This document shows, piece after piece, positions 48,461-60,810 of a DNA stretch of 64,000 bases. The position numbers and the translations under genes are program-made. A model generated the notes under the pieces. It was not told the origin of the DNA. It did not search any database and worked only from the letters and a program-made list of their open reading frames with translations. Origin of the DNA: Nemertoderma westbladi (taxonomy: Eukaryota > Animalia > Xenacoelomorpha); contig JAUCBJ010005597.1 of assembly GCA_032718475.1 (NCBI GenBank), forward strand, positions 1-64,000. Reading direction: 5' to 3'. Positions within the stretch are counted from its first letter, which is position 1; every line of letters begins with the position of its first letter.

Positions 48461-49429
48461 AGGTCAGGTCAGCCTCTCATTTTTGTCAAATTTAATTTGT
48501 TAATAATTTGAAAAATTATACTAGTTTGTAAAACGCTGGACTTTTGAGGTGAACATTTTGGATAATCAGAATATGTTTGGTAAAGTGCCCTCATCACTTG
48601 GGAGAACACTTATTATGATTGGACCGGTAAACACTGATATGTTGCTATTTAACAAGGCCACCTATAATTATAGGTGGCCTTGCTATTTAACCATTTTGAT
48701 TTTTAAAATTCTCCAAAAACTGTGTTTTTTTAACATGAATTGAAATGTTAAATTAATCGGGCTAATATAATTTGATCCAAAAACCTTTTTCTACCAACTG
48801 ACAATAGTTCGTATGTTTGCAACATATGGGGGGCAGAGACGGTAGCCACATTTAGATTTAGACAACAAGAGTGCCACCAATATCACAATTATACACGTAA
48901 AGGATGTAGAAAGTACTGTAGTAAAACTTAAAGTAGCAGATATTTGTATCACTTTGCCCATGATTTGCAGTTGCACTATGTTTGAGGTATTGATATTGTA
49001 TACATAAACAGCCTTACATCATTCATAAAATTAACCTAAACAAGTGCTGGAAACTCTGCGATTCCTACATCCGTTACGTGTGGAATTATTACACTTTCGT
49101 ATTATTGTTTATAATCCTTTCGACGTGATTTCTACCTGGCACATATTTTTTAGGCCTCATAATTTTTGTGAGGAATTAAACAGTCTGCTGTTACCCAGTC
49201 CGTCGCTAGAGGTTGATAAGTATAAGGATTGTATAATAGGCACATCAACCAATTAAGGCTATTTTAGTGACCGCACAATTAATTGCACAAATAACTACAA
49301 GGATATAATAAACACAAAGAAAATCCACTAATATAAAATAAATTTTAGGTTTGAAAAATAAACTGACGAAAGCAAATACTGTATAATTCCCACAAAAATA
49401 ATTGATATGAATATTATATGGAACGACAT

Positions 49430-49760
49430 TGCATAATGTTCTAACCCGAAAAGCCTCATTAAGGTAACGGCCTAACTTCAGTAGTTTTTCCCTGGTAGTT
49501 GCCCCCATTAGCTCGTGGTATTTAAATATAGTGGGGTTCACATTGTAGCGCCCAGAGAAGTGCTTCATGCGCAGATCTCGATAACTATCGATAACAAGTA
49601 AATAATACTCCCAGATACGTATATTCACCCACCACTTTAACATTATGACCCTTATATTTCCATTTTTCATGGGAGGCCACTTGTCCCCCTTTCCTAAATA
49701 CAACAACGTTAGATTTGTCAAGGTTAACCGTAAGAGACCAATAGTCAAAAGCTATCAGCG
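49430..49760 (-). mobile_element. Decayed 3' end of another LINE (post-RT C-terminal domain)
   Basis: EYYLLV...YRDLR.K....Y...PTIFKYHELM......LLKLGRYLNEAF resembles the EYH.LL.C..Y..LR...P...KF..LM...L..L..FI..A C-terminus of non-LTR ORF2 proteins. Confidence 0.45.
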
Positions 49761-50247
49761 GAAATCCGCTATGTTTTGCTGTTTTCTTTCGAGTTGCAAC
49801 TTAACATAAATGTATTGCATTGTATTGTAACTTTACGATTTACTATATTGAATTTAGATGTACTGACGTTTGCTTTAGAACTAAGGGGGCGTTCATAAAG
49901 TATGTCACGCAAATATTTCGGATTTTTGACGTAATATTCTTAGCCAAACATGAAAGTAAGAGTTCTAATATTGAATATGAATATAGTATTACTTAAACTA
50001 AACATTGTTTTTTTTCAAAAATGTTGAAAACTTATGCAGTTAGAACTGTTTTCACTTTGCCATTGAATGATGACTGGGGATATTATTTAGTGTTTACTAC
50101 TACTGTATACTACCGCCCCTTTATACTTTCAGACATTACGACTGCAAATCCCCTAACAACGTAAATTATTTTCTTACTTTAGAGTTTAACAGACTAAATT
50201 TGTACCAAGTTTGGATACATTTCATTGATGATTGATGGAGATATTAA

Positions 50248-53200
50248 CCCTATTACCACTGGGGGGGGGGGGGGGGGGGGGGGAATCAGCCCCTTCCTAG
50301 TTTTAATTGCTGTATCTATGCAACCGCATTATGTACCTTCCCAATTTTTTTACGAGAATTAGTCAAATTTAATGGCGCATCATTGCAAAAAACGGCGTTG
50401 CAATTAGATTTATACTTTTCTATGTGGGTGACATCTCAAAATTTGATCCCCAGCAGAAATATGTTTTTTTATTTTTATTTATGTTGGGGCTTTTTTTATT
50501 GATTCTGATTCGTATGGAGCACTCTACGACTCTATATAAGTACTACTACTACTAAAAGGTCGAGCGAACTCGGACAGTGGAAATGAGATCCTTCCAGGCT
50601 TCCCGATTCTCCATAGTTGTCGCAATTTCGTTTCTCCCAAGTTCAGTATCCCTTTCAAGTTGATCTATATATGTTATGGCCGGTCGTCCACGACTATGCT
50701 TTCCATGAGTTGGTTGCCAGAGAAGTAGATCTGGTATGACCTCGTCTTTACTTCGCCAGCAGTGCCCACTGAATCTTAATCTGCGTTCATGGAGGGTGGT
50801 TGATACAGGTGGTATTGTACCATAAAGCTCGGCGTTTGTCATGTGTTGTCTCCAGCTGATGTTTAGGACTGCCCTTAGTAGTCTTGTGTAGCAACCATCA
50901 ATTCGTTGTTCAAGTGATTTAGTCAGTGTCCAGGTCTCACCCCCGTATAAAAATACACTTTCCACTGTGGCTCGAAAGAACTTAGTCCTCAGGTGCCTGG
51001 AGAGATCTTATTTCCAGATGGTATCCATTTTTGATAGAGCTACCCAAGCCTTTGCTTTCCTTACTTCTATGTCCTTTTTGCTACTCTCTACCCATGATCC
51101 AAGGTACTGGAAGTCATCGACCTTCCTTAGTTGATTATTATCAATGGTTGTCAAGTTTCCATCAACATTAAAGGTCATGAATTCGGTCTTTGTAGCATTT
51201 ATATGTAATCCGACCTCCTTAGCAGCCCTCTCCACTTTATTTAGTAGAAGCTGTGCATCTGCTAGCGTATTAGAGAGCAGGGCGATGTAATCCGCAAAGT
51301 CGGTGTCTGTGACTGTTGTTGCCGGATATCTACTACTTCTGCGTTCTTGAAGTATGAATCCCAGATCTTCACCCTTTGTGGCCGTCCTCATTGCGTAATC
51401 CAGCACAATTACAAATAGTAATGGTGCTAATGTGTCACCTTGCAGTACGCCAGCCAGGATTGAGAACAACTCAGTTTCACCATCTGGTGAGAGTACCTGC
51501 GCTTCTGTGTCACAATATAACAATCCAATGCCTGCAACAATTACTTCTGGTATTCCATAAGCTCTTAGGATTTCAAGCCTTTTACCTCTATGAATGGAGT
51601 CGAATGCCTTCTTGAAGTCCACAAAAGTCATGACTGCGGGGAGATTCTTTGACTTAATTCCTTCAATCAGTCTCCGTAGTGCAAGTATCTGAGCTATTGT
51701 TGATCTACTTGGTCGAAATCCGTTTTGGCTCTTACGCAGTAGTTTCTCTATGTAAGGCCTATTCCTATATAGAATCATTTTATTGTATATTTTGGCAGCT
51801 ACCACAAGCAGACAGATCCCACGATAGTTTGTTGGTATGCCGAGATCTCCTTTCTTGGGGAGAGGCTTTAGTTGACCTTTAGTCCAAATTGGTGGTGGCT
51901 TTTCCCCTTTTAACATCCGGTTGCAAACGTTCAATAATGGTCTGTTTTGCACTCCGGTTTTCCATACCTCCGCTGGGATTTCATCTAATCCACTCGCTTT
52001 ATTATTGGACATGCTTTTAATGCTTCTTTTGAGTTCGGCAGGTGTGAAGTCCCCTGTTTCTATAGGTAGTGTCTTGTCATATATTTTCCTTGTAGGACTG
52101 ACCTCGATGTTTGGTGGCTGCCCAAGCAAGTTGCTGAAGTGATTTTTCCACTTCCCAACACGTTCTTCAGGACTATCGGCTTTGAGGCGCCCCTTTGCAC
52201 AACTTTTCCGACCAGATACCTCATTTACAGTTTGCCAGGTAAGTCTTGATTGTTGCTGTATGTGATCAGTTGTAATTGCTTCAGTTTTATCCTGTATGTA
52301 CTTTTCCTGGCTGATGTTGTAGGCCAATTTAAGATCGTCCTTAGCTTTCTCAACCTTGTTAATGTTTTCGGTTGTTGGTTGTTCGGTTTTAACTTTGTAG
52401 GCTATCTTAAGATATTCTCTCTTACAAGTAACCTCAGAGTTTTGCCATGGCACATACTGTTTTCGTTTGGGTTTCTGGGGGATATGCCTCTTAGCTGCTT
52501 CCTTGTGGGCTGTTATTATATTCTGGTATATTGAATTGGTGGATTGGTCTTCATCCATTGACTGAAGTGCTTCAAAGCGGTTTTGAACTTCTACTGTATA
52601 AGCATCCTTTACAGCATTGTCAGTTCTGAGTTTCTCCCAGTCATATTTGATTTGCTTGCTTGTCCTGGGTTTGCTGGCTCTCAAACTGAGTCTGATCTCT
52701 GCAGTCATAATTCTGTGGTCCGAACCAATTAGGTTGAACGAGCTGTATGCCTCGCAGTTGATCATGCTGTTTCTCCACTTTTTGTTTAAAAGGATGTAAT
52801 CCAGTTGTGCTTTGGTTCCATTATGGTATTGAAAGGTCCATAGCTTCTTCCCCTTACTCTTTTCGAATGTGTTGTTTGTTGGTATCAATTCACATTCTGC
52901 CATTAGGTCTAAAAGTAAGTACCCATTTCTGTTAGAACTGGTGTTATAGGTGTAACCCTTGATGTCTTCTGGGCCAATCGGCAATGACTTTAACATTGTG
53001 TTTCGGAATGTCCTTTATAAGTCCAGTCAGTTCTTCATAAAACTTGACTGCTTGTTCTGGCTCTGAGGCATTGGTTGGACTGTAGCAACATATAACTGTT
53101 GCCTTGGGATTCCCATCAGATGTTGCGATCATAACTCTGGAATTTATTGATTCGATGTTGTTTAGGGTCTTAAGTGCAAATGGGCTTAGCAGAATTCCCA

Positions 53201-54882
53201 CTCCACCAATTGATGCATTGGCCGAGTTTCTTACGTCTGGGCTTGTTACTAACGTTCATCCATTTCCAATGTCATTGTACTTCATGGCAGTGTCTTCATG
53301 ACAAATCCGATGTTCTTGGATGCAGATGATGTCGATGTTATATTCCATTGTCAGAGCGTCAGAGCAACCATGTTGGTATGTGTTTTCAGCGTGCGTGCGT
53401 TCATTGTAGCAATCTTTAGTGTCTTTTTACATTTCAACAGGTTGGTTCTTCTTTCTTCTCTGTCTTCGGTTCCAGAAGCCAATTTATCGACCCCAGCCTG
53501 GTGTACCACTGAAGGACGCGGTCCTTATTGACCCGGGCGACGACCGAGCCGGTATTTCTCCTGGAGGGTTCTCATACTCATATCTTTCAGTTGCGGGAGT
53601 CAACCGCTTGAGGTGGCAACTCCTACAAGCGTCTTCGCAGTAGGTCGCCGTTGGTTGATTACCTTACGCCGACCTTGTCAGCATGTCTAGCTTTTGTTTG
53701 ATTACCTTCCGCCTATCCATGACCTACAGCCCTGCTGCCGACTGTAGGGGTCCATTTGTTACACCCTGAACCAAGTGTGCCTCCTGGGTTAGGTTACCTA
53801 ACACTGGTAGAGGAGCATCCAGTATAGACAGGGCGGGGCGTGTATCATCTCTAATGCAGATGCGTATCAAGCCTTTGCCTTCAATGGTGCCCTAGGCGCT
53901 ATAGCCCTCACTGACTTATTTAGTTTACGGGGCTAAACCAACCCACTCTTGATCAACTAAATAATGAATAGGCTATGCTTATCGGGCCTGCCCTACTGGG
54001 CTGACAGCTACAGGTAGTACCACATTCCCGCCATAGTGGTAGCAGGATCTGGGGACCTGACCTGACCTGACCTTAGTTATATAAGACCTATAAGTATGTA
54101 AGTGTAATGGTACGTCACATTTTGGTGCACCAAAATTAGGGCGTGGCACATCAAATTTTCAAAATTGCAATATTCGTAAAATACTCAAAAGTTATGATTT
54201 CAACGCAATTTTATGGGTTTTCTGGCCTGCTGAATCGATTGAAAGTAATATGGAACGTAGAAGATTAGTGATAGGCCTACGTCATTATTGGTACACCAAA
54301 ATTAGGGCATTTCTCTTTTTTAAAATTAGAATAAGTGCCACGCCCTAATTTTGGTGCTCCAAAATTGACGAACCACTAATTCTTCCGGGCTTCTATAGTA
54401 TTTTCAATCGATTCAGCGGTCCAGAAAACCTATAAAAATGCGTTGAAATCAAAACCTGGGGTCATTTTCCGAATATCGTATTTTTCAAAATTTGAAGTGC
54501 CACGCCCACTTCTTAGTTGCACGAAAAATAGCATCCAGTTCAATTTTCGGAAATTGAATACAATCGCATTCGATTCAACGTAGTGAAAAATCTACTAACG
54601 CTAGCCAACAATGCCACACTATTAGTTTTTAGAATATCAAAACATTTTATATTTTGTCCTGGGACTACTTTTATTTTTCTTGAAAATTATTATACCCACC
54701 TTATGGAAGTTTCATTTTTTGGATTTGAAAATGTTTTTTGATAATTTTTTCACCTACAGCCCAAATTTCGTAGGATTTCATTGACTGCTTACAAAAATAC
54801 ATTGGGGGGGGGGGGGGGGGGGGGGGGAAATCGGCCTCCCGCCAGTGCTGCTAATAGTCTAAACACCCCAGTGGTAATAGGG
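50248..54882. mobile_element. piggyBac-type non-autonomous element (about 1.1 kb without the nested LINE)
   Basis: TTAA|CCCTATTACCACTGGGG ... CCCCAGTGGTAATAGGG|TTAA: perfect 17-bp TIRs, TTAA TSD, and internal inverted repeats at about 54110-54520. Confidence 0.85.
50541..54077 (-). mobile_element. Apparently full-length RTE-like LINE (APE + RT), inactivated
   Basis: APE motifs (IATMNARTL, GVGILLS, CYSPTN, LDYIL, SDHR) and RT motifs (QNGFR, FVDFKKAFDS, GVLQGDTLAP, FADY in place of FADD). Several frameshifts, a (TAG)n 3' tail, and an 8-bp TSD tatataag at 50533-50540 and 54078-54085. Confidence 0.92.
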
Positions 54883-55364
54883 TTAACGTTTAAATATTCG
54901 GATCGACAGAACTGCAGACCACACTTTATTCTTTATTACTGGTGCCTCTATGCTAAGACTCTCCTTACTTCGTGTCTCTAACTTATTTCCATTGGCCGAA
55001 AGGGTCAATTTTAAGGTCCGAAATTCAACAAAATTTCTTAAAATAAATGAAAGCCTCTTGACTTAGGGTTTAATTACTGCCTTAAGGGTTTGGGCCGCTA
55101 CTCTTGTAACCTGGGAGGCCCAGAAGTGCGAGAAAATGTGGGCGCCTCTATAGGATATGAATAATACCTCTTGTATGTGGATCAACAATAAAGTATATAA
55201 AGGTAACTGTTACATTAAATCTATTTATTTGTGCCAGAAGGCATTAACTCGACAATATATGGATAGTTCTATAATATCAACAAAATTATATTAACTTAAT
55301 CTTTAATCTGCCAGTCAAGTTAGCCAATATTATGTTTCTTTAATTTGTTTTCAATACCACCAAG

Positions 55365-57455
55365 TTATATGGGGTTGGGGAATTGTAGGTTGGAAGCCGA
55401 TTTGGCCCGCTCTCTAGCCAAACCTGTAGGTTTAATTGCAGGTAGATTATTCCCACTTTCTTCCGCAGTCACAAATTCATCTTCTTCTTCAGGAATTGTC
55501 ATTAACAAATACTTCGCTTCAAACTCAGTCAAATTTTTAACACGGAGGCAGTGGACGTCTCGAAGCTTCTTTTCGGGGAATTCGGAATAATCCACCAGCA
55601 TCTGAAACTTATCGAGATACTTTTTGTGGTACAAACTCCCCAGAATCGGTACCCACATAAACACGAAAATTGGAAAGAGATACCCGTAGAATTCAGCCCA
55701 TAAAGGATATTTTCCACTTACCTGTTCATTTAGAATGAGATCGGTTGTACCATGAGGTGTGTATGAATGGGCTGTATTTAAATCTACAATAATTTTGTTC
55801 ATGGTAATCAATGTCAGAATGATAGGTGACATATATCTCCAATTAATCATAAAAAATTTACTCGGTTTTTCTCCGGTCATAGTTTCGAAGTCAAACATGA
55901 GTTTACTGAAAAACCCCGGTGTTAATGAAGCAGTCACTGATATCAGCATAGTATTGATTGTTCCGGACAATTCGATTACGAAATATGTCCCAATCTCAGA
56001 AAGATAAGTTCCAATTCTCAAGGTGAACATCAAACTAATAATCCAGAAAATTATGCATACAATTAGTAGGGCCAGATTGAATGATATCGGCAGTCTTGAT
56101 TCTCGTATTAGACTACCCACCACGTACATCCTTGTTATCATTGAATTCAGTCCAAGGACTGCTATAATACTGAAGTATGCGGCAGCCCACAGTTGTGACA
56201 TATCCATCACCACAAACACGTCCGACATTCTCATTATCATGAACTCTACGGAGTCTTCCTTACTAGCGTTGGCTGCAGAAATTATTAATAGAGCACTAAC
56301 ATTGGTCTCGCAATCCGTAGTATTGACAAGGTCGTCTTTTTCTTTTTTACAAATCTCCGAGTCCATAACAGCCTTTCTACCAAGATGTGCATAGATGGTT
56401 ACAGCGCAAAGTATGGACATTGCATAATCAGCAAAAGCGATAATTCTGGCGTCGGTATAAAATATGTTTGTCCTTGGTAGGAAACTAGATAGACAAAGAT
56501 GACCACCTAATCCTACCCCTGAGCTAACTATCGCCTGAGCTAAAGCAGCATACCAGGCTGTCAGGTCAACTATTTTGCCAAAATCAGGCTGAAACAGAAA
56601 TTCTACACCAGCTTTACCACCTTCAGAAGAAACTGCATGTATAAGCAAAGCTGTGGTCATTAATACCCAGTAGGGAACTGTGAATTTTAGGATATTTAGC
56701 GAGGAACGAATGCCCCCAATCATACATGCGTACAATATGATCCATACCACTGTATTTGAAGCTAATACATTTAAGGCAAAATATGGTTTCTTGAAATCAT
56801 TTAGGTCTGTAGCTACACTAAGTGAAGTGTTGTAATAGAAATATGCACTCGCTGTTTTCCCTTCAGAACACCCGCTCTTAAATGTTTCATTTACATGCCA
56901 CGAATCATCTTCAAATTGTTCAGTTTTTTCTATCGGGCAGTTGCTCCAAGGTAAGGGATTTTGAAATGACAACAACAAATAATAAAAACAGTGGGAAACA
57001 TTTACAAGTTGAATCACTATAGTTAGGGCGCATGCTAATAAAGTAGCAGCACCAATTCCGGTGAGATAAGGGTTTACCTGATACCACGTTAAAACGGTGC
57101 TACGACGAAAACGTTGGCCAAGTCCCAATACCAAAGCCATGAATGGCGTCACTATGAAGAAGTACCAAATAGTGAATTGAGCGAGAAAAACAATTCCACC
57201 GTGTTCATCCATTGTGAGTGGAAATTTCGACATGTTTGAGAGTCCCACTGCGTAGCTAATTGGTAACAGGAAATATCCCATTTTCGATGTAAATAAGTTT
57301 CTCGCACTTTCATTATGTGCGTCTTCTAAAACAAACTCTGATACCCTAATATTAGACTGTTTCCTTAGCAACTTCCTCGATATAACTGGTTGATATTCAA
57401 CCAGGTCCAACTCATTCATATAGGCATGATACTTACTGTCATCAGCGGTTCCCAT
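55365..57455 (-). CDS. SLC6 (sodium:neurotransmitter symporter) family transporter, intronless, divergent; most like the amino-acid (SLC6A15-20) branch
   Basis: 696-aa open frame with about 12 hydrophobic segments and SLC6 landmarks: YAVGLSN..KFP, GG..FL, LGQ, SFQ.PLPW..C, G...LF.PD, LGL.SM, W....P, YP.WA. Confidence 0.88.
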   Translation of the reverse strand: MGTADDSKYHAYMNELDLVEYQPVISRKLLRKQSNIRVSEFVLEDAHNESARNLFTSKMGYFLLPISYAVGLSNMSKFPLTMDEHGGIVFLAQFTIWYFFIVTPFMALVLGLGQRFRRSTVLTWYQVNPYLTGIGAATLLACALTIVIQLVNVSHCFYYLLLSFQNPLPWSNCPIEKTEQFEDDSWHVNETFKSGCSEGKTASAYFYYNTSLSVATDLNDFKKPYFALNVLASNTVVWIILYACMIGGIRSSLNILKFTVPYWVLMTTALLIHAVSSEGGKAGVEFLFQPDFGKIVDLTAWYAALAQAIVSSGVGLGGHLCLSSFLPRTNIFYTDARIIAFADYAMSILCAVTIYAHLGRKAVMDSEICKKEKDDLVNTTDCETNVSALLIISAANASKEDSVEFMIMRMSDVFVVMDMSQLWAAAYFSIIAVLGLNSMITRMYVVGSLIRESRLPISFNLALLIVCIIFWIISLMFTLRIGTYLSEIGTYFVIELSGTINTMLISVTASLTPGFFSKLMFDFETMTGEKPSKFFMINWRYMSPIILTLITMNKIIVDLNTAHSYTPHGTTDLILNEQVSGKYPLWAEFYGYLFPIFVFMWVPILGSLYHKKYLDKFQMLVDYSEFPEKKLRDVHCLRVKNLTEFEAKYLLMTIPEEEDEFVTAEESGNNLPAIKPTGLARERAKSASNLQFPNPI

Positions 57456-57864
57456 TGTATTGCTATTTATAACTGTACTGCATAACGTTATATTTAATCT
57501 GCAAACAGTAGATCAAGTACCGGTACTCAACTACGGATAGCACTGGATTACACCATATCTCCTAGAATATATTATCTTAATTCATATCATAAGGGCCTAT
57601 AATTTGTGTACCTACTATTTTAGAATGAAACTTTGGTTCTTACCCTGCAAACTAAATTAAAAAACACAAAAAAACGCACAAAACCGCACAAAAATGTGCA
57701 AATGTATAATAGGAACTCGTCCACTCATCCCATAATACACTTCATGGCCTTGCCTGGGCCCAACAACACCACACTACCTCCTCCCCTTGTTGTATTTTTT
57801 GTGTTTTTTGGTTTTAAACTTCTGTGTTCTAGAACATAGTTGGACCATGGCCTACTATATTTAT

Positions 57865-58753
57865 ACGGCCTAACAGGTCACTTGAAGTGGCATCTTAAAA
57901 AGAGGCCAGTTTTTTTTTTACACTATTTTGATATGGGGAGAGTTCTATAAATTTTCATTTGCTGCAATTTGGTCAACGGTCGTAATTGAAGCCTCCTCGT
58001 TAAGTAAGATACTAAATTTTATGGTAGCTAGTGTTTTAGGTAGGTTTAGCTAGTAATTTCGACCCTGGCTCAGACATCCTACTCCCTTCTATAAATATTT
58101 TGTAGTAGCTAGTTCTTATTACTATTTGTATAGAAAATGTTCCAGAACATGTTAGCTATTCATTTTTAAAAAAAATTATGTTCTAGAACAAACATTTTTT
58201 GTTCGAGAACATTTTTTAGAAAAAAATCTGGATTCTATTTAAAACGCATGGAATCGTTCTAAAACGTGTTTAAAATGAATAAAAAAACTTGTGAAAAAAA
58301 ATATTGTGAAAAAAAAAATTTTTTCTTTTTTTTATGGATTTTAAACACGTTTTAGAACGATTCCATGCGTTTTAAATAGAATCCAGATTTTTTTCTAAAA
58401 AATGTTCTAGAACAAAAAATATTTGTTCTAGAGCATAATATTTTTTAAAAATGAATAGCTAACATCTTCTGGAACATTTTCTATACAAATAGTAATAAGA
58501 AGTAGCTACTACAAAATATTTCTAGAGGGAAGTAGGATGTCGGAACCAGTGTCGAAATTACTAGCTAAACCTATCTAAAATACTAGCTACTATAAAATTG
58601 AGTATCTTGATGAACGAGTCTTCGATTACGACCGTTGACCAAATTGCAGCAAATGAAAATTTATAGAACTCTCCCCATATCAAAATATCAAATTATTGTA
58701 AAAAAAAACTGGCCTCTTTTTAAGAGACCACTTCAAGTGACCTGTTAGGCCGT
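57865..58753. repeat. About 890-bp near-perfect palindrome (foldback element)
   Basis: The left arm acggcctaacaggtcacttgaagtgg... is the reverse complement of the right arm ...ccacttcaagtgacctgttaggccgt, continuing inward to a short A/T spacer near 58285-58330. Confidence 0.9.
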
Positions 58754-60810
58754 TATAAGTCATGGTTGGACCTTCACACAATATTATGGTAGCTATTAAA
58801 TATTTTGGGAACAGTTCCGCCCGTGCCAACATTTTCGTTGTTTTTTTCAACAAATTTTCATGCTTTTTTGTCAGTTTTTTTCTTGATAAATGTTCTAGAA
58901 CGTATATTGAGTGTTATAGAAATTTGAAAAAAGTTATAGAACTTTTTAATTATTAATTTTCGAGAAAATAATTTCTTTTAAAAATAAAATTATTAAAACA
59001 ATTTTTAAATTTTATTATTTTTTATGCTATTTTGCCTGTTTTTTTTCTATTGATAAGAGTTCTAGAACATTTATTAAATGTTCTAGAACATGATCCAAAT
59101 GTTCTAGAACATTTTTATTAACAATATCCGATAAAAAAATTCCAGAGTTATTTGTTCTTTTAAAAAAAATATTAAAATGATTGTTTAATTTAAAAAAATT
59201 GGAATACAGAACAACTAACCATAACGATAGCATTCTAGAACATTTTTTAAAATGTTAGCTAGGGCTAGTATTGAATACATAGGCCTACACTATAATGGCA
59301 TCAATATCAATCGTCGACATCTATCGACATATATTTTTACTAGCTATAATTATAAATTATTTCTTGAGTACATAAAATTACTAGATGTTAATTATACAAA
59401 AAAAAGTGTTAAAAAAAACTAAAAATATAATTTTTTAAAAATGTTCTAGAACAAAAAATAATATGTTCTAGAACATTATTTAACAAAGAAGTAATTTGAA
59501 ATATCCTAGAATACTTCACACTAACATAAAAAAGTAGTAGCTAGTAAACTATACACATTTTAGAGCAAAATGAAAATGTTGGCACGTACGGAACTCTAGC
59601 CAATATTTTTATGGCTAGTATTTTATGAAAATATTGCAAATAATAATTGTATAATAATAATAATAATAATCTAGCTACCATTAACCTATGATAAAGAAAA
59701 ATAATAATAATAGAACAGTGATAATCATAATAGAACAGTTAAAAACACACATTTAAACAATACAGATTTGGTGTACATGAACAGAAGTGATACCGTTTTA
59801 TATACCGTATTGTATTGTCTGTTCATCGTTTATGCAGAAAGAGCTACGTTATAATAAGATTAAATGGGATAAACAAAATCTTCCAGAATACGATGTATTT
59901 ATTAAATAGAACAAAATCGCGCAGATGCAAAACCATGCAACTTTTGAAAGCCCATATCTCAGCTATTTCCGAATCAAATCCAAATATTTGTACATATTTG
60001 GAATCCTTGCACGGTCAGCTTTCTAACAGTACCAACAAATTACTGTAAGGTTGGAGAATAAAACTGCGGTGTAACTGGTGCAATATCGACTTCTGACTCA
60101 CCCAGCAAGGAGGAGAGAAGTGAAACAATACCTCTGTTTCAAATTTGATGTAATCTCATTAAGATTTGTAGAAAAATTTGGAGGGGGACCAGAATACCTG
60201 AAGAGGGTACCTGAATATAGACACTATATTCAGGTACATTCAAACAGTTACTAGATATAATAAATGATGTGCTACTAGCTAAAATAACGATGTTCTAGAA
60301 AAAATGTTCCAGAACACTAAAAATAACAATTTGGACTACGTAAAACTCATAAAAAAAAACGGGAACAGTTCCGTATGCAGTCGCATTTTTAAAACATAAA
60401 TCATTGCTACCAGGGCAACAATGTAGAGTTCTATAACAAAATATAATTATTGAAATCCACTATTCTAGAACATAAATAAAATAAAAAATATAATGTTCTA
60501 GAACATATAGCTAGTCATTTTTCATATTTAAAATGGCTAGTAATAAAAAATAACTACATTTTTTTAAACATAATCATTGTTACCATGCAAAAAATATAAA
60601 CTGTTATAATATCATCAATATTTTTGGTCATTTATTCTGCAACCGATTAAACCTGAAGTATCAATGTTTTCACATTTTTTTATAATTACAAAAATACTAG
60701 CTAGTAAAAAAACACTAGCTACCATAAAAAAACATATCTACTAATGGGCATTAGTATAGTATCTATGCCCAAATTTTTGATTTTTTTTTAGATCAAAAGA
60801 TTTTTTAATA

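Noticed and set aside
53430-54077. HDV-like ribozyme in the RTE 5' leader
   Set aside because: I could not assemble the nested double pseudoknot by eye, so it is left as a suggested search only.
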